DNA from: Azolla caroliniana
Lineage: Eukaryota > Plantae > Polypodiophyta
Assembly (NCBI GenBank): GCA_043228905.1
Contig: JBHGNT010000004.1
Location: forward strand, 22,506,001-22,570,000
DNA: 64,000 nucleotides
Direction of reading: 5' to 3'
Part shown: positions 1 to 13,102 of the stretch, in pieces
Layout of the letters: every line of letters starts with the position of its first letter
Position numbering within the stretch: the stretch's first letter is position 1
Notes under the pieces: generated by a model
Databases searched by the model: none
Seen by the model: only the letters and a program-made list of their open reading frames with translations
Told to the model about the DNA's origin: nothing
Translations under genes and position numbers: made by a program

Positions 1-789
1 AGCCTCCCAACTGTTCTTGTATCCTTCTTCATATAATAATATACTTCTTGTTGTCATCATTTTCTCTCTCTACTCTCTCTCTCTCTCTTCCCCTCTCGTG
101 ATACTCACACACTCTTTCCCTTCTTAGTACTAATCGTCATTTTTCTCCTCTATCTTTAGTACTAATTCTTCTTGCCTCGACTACTATCCCTAACAATGCC
201 TATGTAACAATGCATATATCGTGACTTCCTGGAAGTGAAAATTAATATATGTAAAAGAGCATATATAATAACAAGAATACTACACTATGAGATGTCCAAG
301 AATCATTCACAACATTCAACTTGAGCAAGAACTTCACCGCATAAAAATGTTGCTATGTTAGAACAAACACACACTAAGTTTTTCTCTAAGAAAAATTGAG
401 CATTTGAGTTCCTAAGTTGTTACAATGCTTTTAACCTATAAAACATATTCTCTTCCATAGCCATTGCCATTAATCCCTCTGCAGCAAAAACAGAGTAAGT
501 AGGCTTTGGAACCCACTAAGCTTTCCATCAAGAACATTTAATCTGAAATCTGCAAAGAAAAGTAGTGTTGGGTTATCATCAATGTAAATATGAACAAGCT
601 TCATGTAGGTGCCCTTTATCATAGTCCTTATGAAATCAAGGATTTGCAAACCTACACACAAAAGAAACACTCTTTTTTACTTCTTTCTCGAGCAACATCA
701 TTCAATAAGTTGAAAACCTATACAATAACAATAAGAAATCAAAGGTTAATATATTGTGCGAATGAAATAACACAATCAAAATGATAGTT

Positions 790-1020
790 ACAAACAAAAG
801 ATGTAGAGTAATAATCAAGAAGCATGAATCATTATACCTTCACCTCTTAAGTAATGCTACAATCTTGATACCATGCACAATAAGATCAACTTTTTTGGTC
901 CATAATAGAATCTACAACAAACAAAAGATATAGAGTAATAATCAAGAAGCATCAATCATTATACCTTCGCCTCCTAAGTGAGCCTATGCACAATAACATC
1001 AACTTATGTGGTTCATAATA
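790..1020. repeat. Imperfect tandem duplication (about 127-bp period, 2 copies)
   Basis: ACAAACAAAAGATRTAGAGTAATAATCAAGAAGCATSAATCATTATACCTTC...ATGCACAATAA..ATCAACTT occurs at about 790 and about 917. Confidence 0.75.
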
Positions 1021-1034
1021 TAATATGCAACCCA

Positions 1035-1070
<36 letters not shown>

Positions 1071-1789
1071 ACCATGTATGGATGCATGCCTAGTGGTTTT
1101 CGTATTACTATATCTGTCTCAATGAGCTCACTTTTCTCCAAGCCATCAATGTCGGAAGCATGAATTAATGAAGCCTACTTCCTTATAGTTTCAAAGGAAA
1201 CTCCAACATTGCAAGAACTATTCAGGGTCAAGACACTCATATATGTCATTTCTTGCCCAAATATACACATGGTTCAATCTCTTCTACTGTTCCTATGCTA
1301 TCGTGCCACCTTGAATAGCAAAGAAATTTGGAAACGAAATTTGTTCATTTAGTAAAGAAATTTGGAAATGAAACAAGAGAATGGAACTTCATGTTTGAGT
1401 TAGTAGATTAAGATTATAATTAATATAACACATATCAACAAGATCTACAGTCTTTCCGGCAAAGATGTCACAAAATAAATGAAGTGTTTTTTATGTGCAC
1501 CTCAGTGTTGGTTGGTCGAGATTCAAATGGTATGGCGTAAGCTCTTTAGAAGTTGTATTGGTTCGTTGTCTTTCTTTTTTAGAGCATGGCAGATGTCGAT
1601 TTGAGTTTGCATTCGCACGAAAGCTTGTACAAATCACAACAAACTCTTGTTCGATTGTCATTGGAATCTCTAGCCTCTATTGTCAATCGCTTCTTGAACC
1701 CGCATGAGGTTTCTCAAGACCAAAAGAGCTAGACTTTCATGTGAAATGACAATGGCAAATACATAGAGTAACATGGCAAAAAAAGCATG

Positions 1790-1957
1790 CGAGAGAATGT
1801 TGCAAATGCATGTGAGCATGCATTCATACATGCATATAAACACAACCATGCACATGCAAATGTAAATACACATACACATACACATACACATAAACATAAA
1901 CATAAACATAAACATACACATAAACATACACACATGCATACACATACACATACAAAC
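1790..1957. repeat. CATACA/CATAAA hexamer microsatellite
   Basis: Direct reading; explains the spurious Cys/Met/His-rich ORFs here. Confidence 0.85.
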
Positions 1958-2036
1958 ATCGTTTTAAACTGATATGGTACTAAACTAATATATTCTTGTA
2001 AGAATATGTGAGAATTATTTTGTTTTTTTCCAACAT

Positions 2037-2236
2037 GGTCTCATGGTGTAGTTTGTGATCACATGCCGAAGTATCTCAAATTCGAGCCCGAGCCAACGTT
2101 TAGTGCATTATATACTTTTTTAAGAATATGTGAGGATTGTTCTCTTTCTTGTTGCACATTTTGTTTTGTGGTGTACTTGGCGATCGCATTAGTTCAACGC
2201 ATCGACAGTCTCCAGGTGAGGCCCGAAAAAAGACCA
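2037..2236 (+). pseudogene. Two degenerate tRNA-Val-like copies (2037-2098 lacking the anticodon arm; 2162-2236)
   Basis: GGTCTCATGGTGTAGTTTGTGATCAC...TTCGAGCCCG and TGTTTTGTGGTGTACTTGGCGATCGCATTAGTTCAACGC...GTCTCC align to the 2843 copy. Both are preceded by TAAGAATATGTGAGRATT. Confidence 0.55.
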
Positions 2237-2842
2237 CATATGTTTACTAGAGAAGAGGGAAGTTTTGGTTCGTTTTACAACATTGAGAATCAACGGTCAA
2301 GTATGCATATATCATGTAATTGATTCCCTCAAGCCTCTAGATGTGGCCAACTTGAGTTTTTATTTTTATTTTTTAAGAAGATACACCTTAGTATATTACT
2401 TGAAAAGTCTACATAAGAAAAACAGAAGGAGACATTTCATCTCACTTCTTTTTGTAAGATACAAAAGCTAGTAAATCTGATGATACAGATGATGTCATAT
2501 ATGAACAAGTAGAACAATACTTACTATCCACTATCCAACATAAACAAAGGTATGGCATAATTCCACTTTCGACCAGCAGTTGTCTCTGAAAATAATTGGA
2601 GTCCTTGCCATTGGTTCTTAAAGGCCACTTGCCATTGCCACAGATCTCTGGTTCTGACCCTGCTAAAGCCAATCCATGTTTACTAAAAAGGAGGCAAAGT
2701 TTAGATATGTTTCTTATACTGAGAATCAACTCAAGATTGCACACATATCATACAAAATGCTATGCTTTTTGTTCCAGATGTTCTCCTAATGTAAGTTACT
2801 CTGTGTTTTAATTTGTGACATACACTTGTTGCCATGCAACAA

Positions 2843-2916
2843 GGTTCCATGGTGTAGTTGATGATCACGTCAGTCTAACACACTAAAGGTCTCCGGTTCA
2901 AGCCTAGATGAAGCCA
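2843..2916 (+). tRNA. trnV-AAC: tRNA-Val(AAC), probably a pseudogene
   Basis: GGTTCCATGGTGTAGTTGATGATCACGTCAGTCTAACACACTAAAGGTCTCCGGTTCAAGCCTAGATGAAGCCA closely resembles plant cytosolic tRNA-Val(AAC). It has an upstream CAACAA, but the D-loop GG and several stem pairs are mutated and there is no clear oligo-T terminator. Confidence 0.8.
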
Positions 2917-4440
2917 GCCTATGTTTCTCAAACAAGAGCCGTCGTTCAATTGCTTTGGAATATTGAAATCATCAATTTACCCCACATACGTCGTTTAAGG
3001 AGATCTGGGCTTGACTACATATATGACCTACTTTATGTGAGTTTACCTAGTTGGCATGACTCTAACATGCATTATGTCACCTAGTTTATGTGAGTTTACC
3101 AAGTTGGTGATCACATTACTCTAACATGCCAATCGTCTCAAATTTGAGACCCACTAAGCAAACACATGTTTACAAGAGAGGACCCTACATCCTAGTTAGT
3201 CTTTCAATGTCCAAAATAAAACTTCTTCACATGTACATGTAACATATAAAATGATACAATTTTCATGCACCATTGTAAGCCAAAATTTCTAGAGAGTGAA
3301 ACTAAGAATGGGCAATGGCTCCACTCAAACTTAAAACCAAGTTGTTAAATTGTTTCTAAATGATTTGGCAATTTGTTTCTCCTCAATGTATGGATCGACA
3401 AACCAATGTTTAGTTTTGTTCATATTGACAATGGTTTCTTTTTTCGTTTTTTTTTCCAAAACTACAATTTGTTTCTTTTACATGAGATATTGTTGTGTTT
3501 GTAGATTATGTGCAAGATTTTGTAATTTTGATTCAGATTTCTTTTTGGGTTGTTTTTGGTTTTTTGAAGGGATAGATGGGGATTCTTGAGATGAGCAAAA
3601 AAAAGACAATGTTATTTGTTTATTGAACAAGGCATGAAACTAAGTGATGTGTCCAATCAAATTCCATTTACTTAATTTATTAAATAATGAGTATTATTTG
3701 TCTCAAAAATAAGAACTAAATTTGTAGAGCAATAAATTGCAAAAGATGGATTGTTTATAGCTTCATCATTAATTTTATTAATTAATTTCAATCTGGTTTT
3801 TAAATTGCAATGTATTTATTTATGTAATAAATAATTTTTTTAGTTTAAAAAAATTGGGAAGATGGATTGGTTTCCTTCATGAGTTGATATTTTATTTATT
3901 TATTAATTGAATAATCAAACAAACATTATTTAACCAATTTTGGGAAGATGGGTAGATTGAGTTTCATGGGGTATTTAATTTAATCTTTAAGTAAATTGTA
4001 GATATAAATAAACGCTTCTACTCTCTTCTTATTCCTTAGCTTCCTCATTCTTGTCAATTAATTTTGTAAATTTTTTTCTTTGATTGAATTTCCTTCCTGG
4101 AGCTTCCCTTCTCTGATTCAGTTTACTTGAATGCAATGAGGTGAAAGATTTCATTTAATTAGTTCTGATTTCCTTCCCTTAGCGAGTCTTTATTACTCCA
4201 TCTCTTCTTAATCCACCATATCTTTCATTCTTACTGTTTAATCTATACACGATGAATCAGGTGTGTATTTGAAATGTAGATCATAAACATTCAAAGGAAT
4301 GCCATGGGATCAACATTGCGTTGCTGAGAATCATTTAGTTTGGTGATGGGAAAATCTCTCCATTGTAATTGTTAGCACAAGAACACAATCATTACCCTCA
4401 GTTGCAGTTCTTATATGTTCTTGTAACCATAACGCACACT

Positions 4441-4633
4441 AAAACCCTAAATTTAAACACTACAAACCTAAATAGATATTCTAAAACCCTATAAATGTAT
4501 ATAAATATAAAACCCCAGGCCTAAGAAATCTAAACTTTAAACCCCTAAATCCCAAAACCCAAAACCCAACAACCAACACCCTAAACCCCTAACTCCTAAA
4601 GTCTGAAACTCCTTGATTTACAATACCCTAAAC
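4441..4633. repeat. Degenerate telomere-like (CCCTAAA-type) tract
   Basis: Multiple AAACCCTAA/AACCCCTAA/AAACCCAA variants. Confidence 0.5.
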
Positions 4634-6533
4634 AAGATGGCATTAGAGGGGCTTAATATTAGCTATAATCATGTTCACGTGGATTGAGCTTCATATTGCT
4701 CCACAAACAAGGACGATTCCGTGAGAGGTGGGTGTGCCATCGAGATTGGCAAAGACATGGGCAGCCCTTTCGTCCTCATTCATACCAAAAACCAAGATGA
4801 TGATGGTCACGTCCATCGAACAGGTTACTATGTCTCTTAATTTGTTCTCAGATTTTGACATTCGAAAGCCGATTCGATGAAGATATTGTGTTATCTTCGA
4901 GTGCCAAGCACATGGTGCTTACTTAAGGCCATAGAGTGGCTTCTTAAGTCAACAAACTGCTTTCGGATGGATGCTCAATTCGAAGCTAGGTGGTTGTACC
5001 ATGTACACCTCTTCTAATTCGCCTTGAAGAAAGGCGTTCTTTATGTCCACTTGATGGAGGTGTCACCCTTTTGTCGCCGCAAGTGCAATTTCGGTCCGCA
5101 TAGTTGTCATCTTTCCCATTGGGGCAAAAGTCTCTTCATAGTCGACTCCATGTGTTTGTGCGCATCCTTTCACTACGAGTCGAGCTTTGTAGCGGTTGAT
5201 GGAGCCGTCAACATTATACTTCACCTTGTAAATCCATCTGCAGCCGATTGCCTTCTTGTGTGGTGAGTGGGGAATGAGATCCCATGTCTTGTTCTTGCAT
5301 AGTCCCGCATCTCCTCGTTCATTGCTTTGACCCATCGTGAATCCTTGGCTGCTTTGAAAAAACTTTCTGATTCTCGAACTGTTGTCACCTTCATCATAAA
5401 GGCATAGTGGTATGCCATATAATCATTGTAGCTAAATCGGCTAACAGGATTCTTCTCACGGGTGGAGCGACGAAGTTTTTCATTTGTCGTGGCAATGGCA
5501 ATGGCTTTCTTTACGCTAGGTGTCCTCATGATAGGTACGCCGAAACCACCAAATTCATTGTCGGGGGAGTGAGTCGATTTGTTGTTGTCGTAGTGATCAT
5601 CTTCATATTCCAGCATTTTTGCCTTGCCTTTGTCCACTTCAAACTAGGCTGAGATGTGCTTTGTTCGCTCGGGGGCTCTCGTGGCCCACTAAGCCTTGTC
5701 GTAATCGGGCTTTCTTTGAACATGTGTTCGAGTCAATCTCCATCTTTTGTCTCTTGTTCGGCACATTTCAGGTCGACCAAAAATTATTCAGGAGGAGTTG
5801 GCTCGAGTTCTTACCATGATGTTGATTCGTCGAAGACCACATCTCAACTCACATGAACCTTTCGAGTCAAGGGGTTATACCACTTGTTCCCCTTTTGCTC
5901 CAGTGAGTATCCTACAAGGATACATTTCTCTGACTTCGAATCAAGCTTTTGTCGTTTCTCGTCAGGGATGTGCATGTATGCAATGGAGCTGAATATCCGA
6001 ACATGTGATAGATCTGGCTTCTTTCCAAAAAATGTTTCATGCGGGGTAACCTCATGCACGTCGAATGTTGTGCACCGGTTCATTAGGTAGACGGTTGTGT
6101 TGGCGGCTTCTGCCCAGTACGACTTCAGCATGTGCTTCTCGTTAAGCATGGCTCGTGCTACTTCGAGGATGTGCCAATTCTTTCATTTGGCTACTCTATT
6201 CTATTGTGGCGTATGTCTCATCGAATTCCTTCTTTCCGAAGAAAAGCCAAGAATTCGTCAAAGAAGTACAGTTTTCCTCCATCAGACCGAAGACATCGTA
6301 CATGTCGACTTGTTTCCTTTTCAACTCCACTCTTGAATTTTTTGAAGTGTTTGAATACTTCTCTCTTTTGCCACATGGGGTAGATCCAAGCGTGCCTCGA
6401 GAAGTCGTTGATAAAGGTCACGTAGTATTGACATCCGCCGAATGTAGCCATCTGAGTCGGTCCCCATACATCGGAATGAATTACATCCAATATGCCTTTA
6501 CTCACGTTCCTCTCCTTCGGAAACGGGTGCCGA

Positions 6534-7280
6534 TGTCGTGAAGATTTTCGGCAACGGTGTGAAAATTGTGTGCAACGAACGAAATCGAGAAGGTGCAATG
6601 TGCACGTGTGAAAGGGGTGAAGGCCACACACATATGCTAGCATGTTGTAAATAGGACTGAAATGAGAATCGTAAAAGGAAAGGTAGATGTAAAGTTAAAC
6701 ATGACTACATCCTAGTAACATTTAAGTGCATACACAAGGGTGGAAGCAAGGCTTAAACCTTGCACCTCCAAGATAGGAGACAAATTAACTTACCACTAAA
6801 GCCACTACTAAGTGCTTTAGAATTTGTATATTTTCTTTTCATATTCAGTCTTTTGTAGGAAGCAAACATATAGAAACCGGGGGCACAAAACCATGGTTTT
6901 AGCCCGTGGTTTTAGCCCGTGGTTTCGGCTCGTGGTTTTAACCCATGGTTTTAGCCCTTGGGTTTAGCCCATGGTTTTTGCATGAAGAGACCTATAAAAG
7001 CCTATAGTTGGGCTTGTGTAAGGGGGGCAAGTGATGTAAATAAAAAAAAGAAACTTTTAATCAAAGATCGGAGTTATCCTAATGGTGATGTATCTCGTCT
7101 CGTAAAACTAAAGGCAAGGGTTCAATCTCTATCTTAATCTCTCTCTCTCTCTCTCTCTCTTCATCCATCTATCTATCTTCAATACTTTCTCGCTTACGCT
7201 ACTAAAAACATCGAATCCTTTCGGTCCAGGACCCTGGTGGTCCCGCTTCATTTCGCGAACACGCGATGATTTCCTCGACA
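6534..7280 (+). repeat. Gypsy LTR at the left end of block A (747 bp), with a 13-bp tandem array at 6891-6980
   Basis: TGTCGTG...CCTCGACA termini, TATA-like CTATAAAAG at about 6992, and the U5 motif GGTCCAGGACCC..GTGGTCCCGC shared with other LTRs. Confidence 0.75.
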
Positions 7281-7938
7281 TCTTACTTTCTTTTCTTTAG
7301 CAATCCATATAAAGGCTCGGCGACATGAGTGTAGTGCGGAATCCAAATATGATAAAACACGCATGCTCCAAGGAACCTTCGAGCCTCCGTTTGGTTTACG
7401 CATTCTTCTTTCATATCCTAGATTGCGTTCACATTGGATGGCGAAGGCTTCCGGCCGTATGCTCAGCACAAGTGACCTACCACCAAGATCTCTAGTTGCC
7501 CAAATGCAGATTTTTCTCTCGAAAATGTCAAATTCGCATCTTCGAGCCTTTGGAGCACCTTCTCACAATCTCTCATATGATCCGAGACGAACTTTCTACA
7601 CCCTTCCTTATCTTTCGATTCATCTTTCGATTCATCCGAACATCCTTTTATCGGAATATCATCCAAGAATGGCATCGTGATGTTCGGGATGCAATCCTTC
7701 AAGACCTTGTTCATGGCATTCACCATATGAGGCACCGAGTTCGTTGCACCTTGAGCTAAGGTACACATCCGCACGAGCCCGATTGGAGTCCTCATGGTTG
7801 TAATGTCACAATTGTCAATCGCCAACTGGAATTGGTCGTATCCAAAGTAGAGATCACCAATGGAGTAGATGGACCGCCCCGCAAACGCTTCGGCAAATTC
7901 GTCCATGCTAGGACCGATTCCAGCATTCCAAATTGTCA
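7281..7938 (-). pseudogene. Inverted gypsy reverse-transcriptase fragment
   Basis: ORF 7463-7939(-): GDLYFGYDQF...PFLDDIPIKG, homologous to the RT of elements B and C. Confidence 0.85.
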
Positions 7939-10262
7939 CCCAATCCTCGAGATGATCTCAGGATGTGCGACACCAGATCTAGCTATGTTAAGGTGGATCG
8001 CCTATATCAAGTCTTTAAACCCAGAGATCCGCCATATTGCAAGGAAGAAGAACGTCATGGCTGACATGCTGTCGAGGGCAAGATTTGAGAATGAAAGTGA
8101 CATGGTTTCGGAAGGTGAAGACGTCACCCTCAACTTCTTAAAGATGGCCTGACTATCGGCGGAAGACAAGGACACGCTAACCCTCCACACCTTCAATGAG
8201 GACGAGTACGAAGGAGAGTGGTTACTGATCGGCATATTCTTAAGAACAATGACGGTGGATGTTTCATTGACGAAGGCGGAGGCTCTACGAATTCATAAGA
8301 AAGCTTAACAATACTTCTTGAGGGGAGGATTCCTTTGGCGACACCCAAAAAGAAGGACAGGAGTGCCACGTCAGGTGGTGGTAAAGAAAGCAAAGCAAGT
8401 GACTCTGATGACCAAATTCCACGAGAGTCCTTGGGCAAGTCATAGAGGAACATGAGCGACATTCGAAAAGTTGAAGGAGAAGTAATGGTGGCCAAGCATG
8501 TACAAAAATGTACTCCATTTCGTGTCCACATGCAAAACTTGCCAAATACATTCGAATATACATCATCGTGATGAGCTACGGCCGACATACCTGCTCACCA
8601 TACACTTCAAATGGATGGTGGATCTGATCTCGATGCCAATTTGAGTGGGACAAATGAAGTACTTAGCTCTAGCAAGAGAAGACTTGACAAATCAAGTAGA
8701 AGGACGGGCCTTAACAAATAAGACGACGTCAACAATTTGCAAATTTCTACTCAAAGAGGTTGTCTGCCGATATGGATGTGTGGGAAAGATAGTGGCCGAC
8801 CGAGGGGAGTTGGATGCACACGAAGCAACGGAGCTCTTCGAACAACTAGGTGTGAAGCTCTCCCTCTCGACTGCCTACAATCCAGAAGCGAATGGGAAGA
8901 TCGAGCGAGGGCATGGACCAATCGTCAAAGCCATCGTACGAGCATGCAACGGTGTCGTAGTGTGAATCACACACTACGTGAAATATGTAAAATACTATAT
9001 CCGATTTAAAGTACGTATAATAAATAAAATAAAATATTAAAAAAATATTTATTACGTGCATAGGGCAAGATTCAAACCTTGTACCTAAGTAAGTCGTGCA
9101 TTTTTAGAGTGCATGGATACTTTATTTATAAGGAAAATGTAAACCAATAAAATATTACTCATGCACATCTAGCGAGCATGAGCACTATATTTAGGAAATA
9201 AAAGCATAGTGTAAAAAGCAACTCATGCACATTTAGTGTGCATGAACACTTTAGAAAAAGCATAGAGTCTATCTATAGAAAAATCATGGATTGTTAAGAC
9301 TCTCTCATCACTATATAAGGATGAGGAGCACAATGTAATAAGTGTGTGAAATATTTGGGAAATTGGATATATTTCCTAAAACACCAATTAATAAAATATA
9401 TTCGTGGGATTCACGAAGTTTTATATAATCTATCTCTCCCAATCTATGATCAATTGTAATTAGGATTCTAAATAGTAATAAATCTAATAATCTATACTTG
9501 TGGGATTCACAAGTTTCTATATCGCGTTCGTGTAATCTACTCATAACTAGACTCGTCTCAAATTCTTCCTCCTCCTAGTCCAAAACCAAAGTGGTTCCCA
9601 CCCGACTCATGCAACGATCTAGCGCCGAAAGGCACGACAACGGTCGAGTCGGGAATTGGCCACAATTATTGCCCCATGCCTTGTGGGCCGACAGAACTAC
9701 ACATAGTTCAATGACAAGGTATATGCCAAGGGAGCTTATGTATGAACAAAAGCCGGTAATGCCCATCGAAAGGACGATTGCCTCATGGGTAGTGATACCA
9801 TGGGAGAACGAGATGAGCCGAGAAGAATTATTAGCGGCATGGATAAGGCAACTTGAAAGGAGACCTGAAGATCTAGAAAAAGCACGAAAGATAGTGGAGG
9901 TAGCCTGAGTGAAAAACAAAATTTGGTTCGACAAGACGCATCAATTGCGTCCCAAGAAGATCGAAGCAAGAGATTGGGTATTGGTCTACGACAACAGCCT
10001 TGACAATCAACACAATACAACAAGAAAGTTCGCAAGATGGTTCCGACCGTATGTAGTGATAAGTGCCAATAAAAATGCCACATACCACCTTGCGGAGCTA
10101 GATGGATCAAGGTTGGCTATACCCATTGCGGGAAAAAGAGTAAAGATTTTCAAGAAAAGGCAAGACGAGGATCCTGACCTCGATCACCTCGACAATGAAG
10201 ATAGTAGGACAAAACCTACAAACTTGAGTTATGTACACGAGGACGTGAAGGAATCCGATTGA
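7939..10262 (+). pseudogene. Gypsy RNase H-integrase remnant of block A (many stops; split by a solo LTR)
   Basis: ADMLSRARF, DRGE, YNPEANGKIER and GPY-like motifs, colinear with the pol of element C. Confidence 0.85.
8953..9639 (+). mobile_element. Gypsy-type solo LTR (687 bp), TSD ACGG
   Basis: TGTCGTAG...GCACGACA flanked by perfect ACGG/ACGG. Removal restores integrase RACNGRVGNW. Confidence 0.9.
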
Positions 10263-10947
10263 TCACCGTAGCCGAAATCTCACACTCTCTCTCCTTGGCA
10301 CGTTGTCGTGAAGAAAACCGGCCATAGGCAGAATCGGAGAAAAAGGCGCGTGAACCGGCTCTTACACGGATGAACGCGTAACTTGATATTTTGTACCCGA
10401 TTCATAAACGGATTGATGGGTGAAAATACGAAGTGGCACGCATTTATCAGGGGATTGTGCGTATCTCTGTCAGACGGGGGGGCAGAGGGACAAGGAATAA
10501 AGGGAAGAGGACAAGAGAAAAGGAGATATCGTGCGTTGGGAGGAGAAGAGGTTGCTACAGAACGAAAGGCGGAGCTCTCTCTCTTCGTCTCGAATCGTCG
10601 CTCTCTACGGGTGTCGGGAGGTCACTGCCTCTGCTTCGTGGACAGCTCGTGTGCTTCCAGCAGGGTCGCTCCCTTTCCCCCCTCCTGTTTCTTTGAGTCG
10701 TGTGACTGTCGTCGGTGTGCGTGAGTAGGGTCCCCGTGTCGGGTCCATCGCCGCTTTGTCGGTTGTAACTGTCGGAGTTTGTAATCTATTGCCATAATAA
10801 TTAAGCGTTACGTTCTATATCTCTCTTTCTCGCTTCTACATGTCGGTGAATCTCTCTCTCTGTCTCTCTCTCTCTCTCACTCCTCGGTCCAAGACCCCCG
10901 TGGTCCTGCCCCTTTCTACACGAACACGCGTAACAACGCGACATATT

Positions 10948-10964
10948 TGGTGAACCCGACGTGA
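10948..10964 (+). other. Primer-binding site, tRNA-Trp
   Basis: TGGTGAACCCGACGTGA is the reverse complement of the plant tRNA-Trp 3' end (TCACGTCGGGTTCACCA). Confidence 0.9.
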
Positions 10965-10987
10965 AAGGGCGGCAAAGGAGTTGAAAG

Positions 10988-13102
10988 ATGAGGGGATCGG
11001 AGCTAGCAGAGGCAATGGCGGTGGCCGTCGACCGGCTGGTGAGCGCTCGTGAGGGAACGGGTACCCTCGACAGAGCCATTGAATCGATCGTCGGCTCTAT
11101 AGGCCGTTTCGAAGGGAAAGACGCCACAAGTTATTTGGAGGCTTACCGGGCCGAAATGATCATGAGGGATATCCCGGTGGACAGGCGGCTGTCCGGATTC
11201 CCTCGGGTGGTGACGTTGGGCATCCATGCTGAGGTGCTAGAGGTGTTGGCCGGATGCCAGACTTGGGAGGAGTTCGAGCTGCAGCTCCTCGAGAAGTACG
11301 GGTTTGACGAGTCGCTCCGGCTGTCGAGGCGGGACTTCATGGCGTGGGTGCAAAGCCCCAGAAACGAGAGGAACATGTCGGTGCTCCTCCAGGAGTTCGA
11401 AAAACGGTTTGCGCGGCTGTCGACGTTGGACCGGACGGTGCTCGAAACAAGCCGAGTACTGCTGTTTGTCAAATCGGTGGATGCGCTCGACAGGAAAAGG
11501 TGGGTCCCCTATTGGAAACAGACGAAGGGCTCACAACGAACTGGGTTGTGATAAAACAGGTCTGCAGCCGTTTTGACAAACGGCGCGATTGGAGCGACGG
11601 AAGCACGTCGGGGTCGGGGCCGGTCCCAAGGAGGAGGCTCGAGGAGCCGGTTTCAGTGCCGACTGGGAGGAAGGAAGAGACCCGAATCTGGCCGGAGTCG
11701 GGGTCGGCATCGAACGACGTGGTCAGAGGCCCATCCAGAGGAGCAGCTCTGGAGGAGCTAACACGGATGGTGCGCGACCTGCAGATCGCACAGGCCCGGA
11801 GTGACAGCGGTGAACAACCTCGCGACCGGAGGCCGCCGGCTAGGCAGCGGTGCATGTGGTGTGACGCGATCGGTCACATTCAAAAGGACTGCGCGGATTT
11901 CGCCGACGCGCTCAGGACCAACGTGGTGTACCTCTGGAACGGGCGGGTGCACGCGAGCGAGACCCGGAGAGCCTTGGAACTGAATACGGGGCGCGGCGGA
12001 ATGAAGAGGTTGATGGAAGAGGCCGCGGCACGGCACGTCGAAGCCATTAACTACTCAGTGTCGGCGGGAATTCGGGTCGGGGGTGATGAGACCCGGAAGG
12101 CGAAGGACTCCGGATTCTAGTCGCTAGTGCTAGAAGGCCTCTCCGGAGTTCGGCTGAGGAAGGAAGAGGCGGACCGCGCGGAACAGCGGGTCCAGGAGGT
12201 CACCGGTTGGGACGATCCGGTCGAAGAGAAAACAGGCTTTGTAGAAGCCGCTTGCCGTGGAGGACAAATGGGCAGGAAAGGCCGGAGGGGTTGGGCCCCC
12301 GAGGTATGAGACCCGGTTCGGACCGAAACCGACCAGTGCCGGCAACCCAGGCGTGCCGGATGGGAAGAAGCAGGCGGGGTTTCGGTTGAGCACCGAAATC
12401 GAGAGAGCAACGGACCTACGGAAGGTCCTTGAAGAGTGAATCCTCGACAGTAAAGTGGAGTTGTCATTGCGGGAGGTGCTGGGAATCGCCAAGAGGGAGT
12501 TCCACGACTTTATCGTAGACTTGGTGAAGCGGAAGAGGCTCTCGACGAAGCCGAAACCGGAGAAGCCGGTGGAAGTGCGGACCACACACCTGGAAGACGG
12601 AGCCTCGGAAGATGACCTGGCGGGAACCCACTACACGAAGCCGCATTGGGCTAGGGCGACTATGGAAACCCCTGTACGGATCGGCAACGTTCTGGAACCG
12701 GTGGTGGCGTTGGTAGACCATGGATCCGAAATCAACCTGATGTCCATGGATTTCTACAAGAAGGGTAAATGGCCGATCAACACCAAGCATGGCTGGAAGA
12801 TACAGGCAGCGATGCGCGCCACGGAAGAACAACATGGGGCTTGTTCGAACGTACGGGTGAAAATCGGCGATGTCGAGATCGACCAACACTTCTTCGTGCA
12901 GGAGACGTCCTCGCATCCGGTTATACTAGGAGAGCCATATATCACAGCAGCACGGATGGAGACCAAGGTGTTGGACAACGGTTCAGCCTATGCAAGAGTC
13001 AAGAGCCAGGACGAGCGTCACTCGGTCAAGTTCCTAACGGTGCGACCAAACCACGAGCGTAACCGTGAGGCCCTCGGTAGCGAAACCCGAGGGGATTTTT
13101 AG
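10988..13102 (+). pseudogene. Element B gag-zinc knuckle-protease ORF (frameshifts and stops)
   Basis: CMWCDAIGHIQKDC knuckle and ALVDHGSEINLM protease; homologous to 19520-21645. Confidence 0.88.

Noticed and set aside
1670-1972. Cys/Met/His-rich ORFs
   Set aside because: Translations of a hexamer microsatellite.
4441-4633. Interstitial telomere or healed break next to the truncated copia end
   Set aside because: Units are too degenerate and lie about 150 bp from the truncation; no support for a link.
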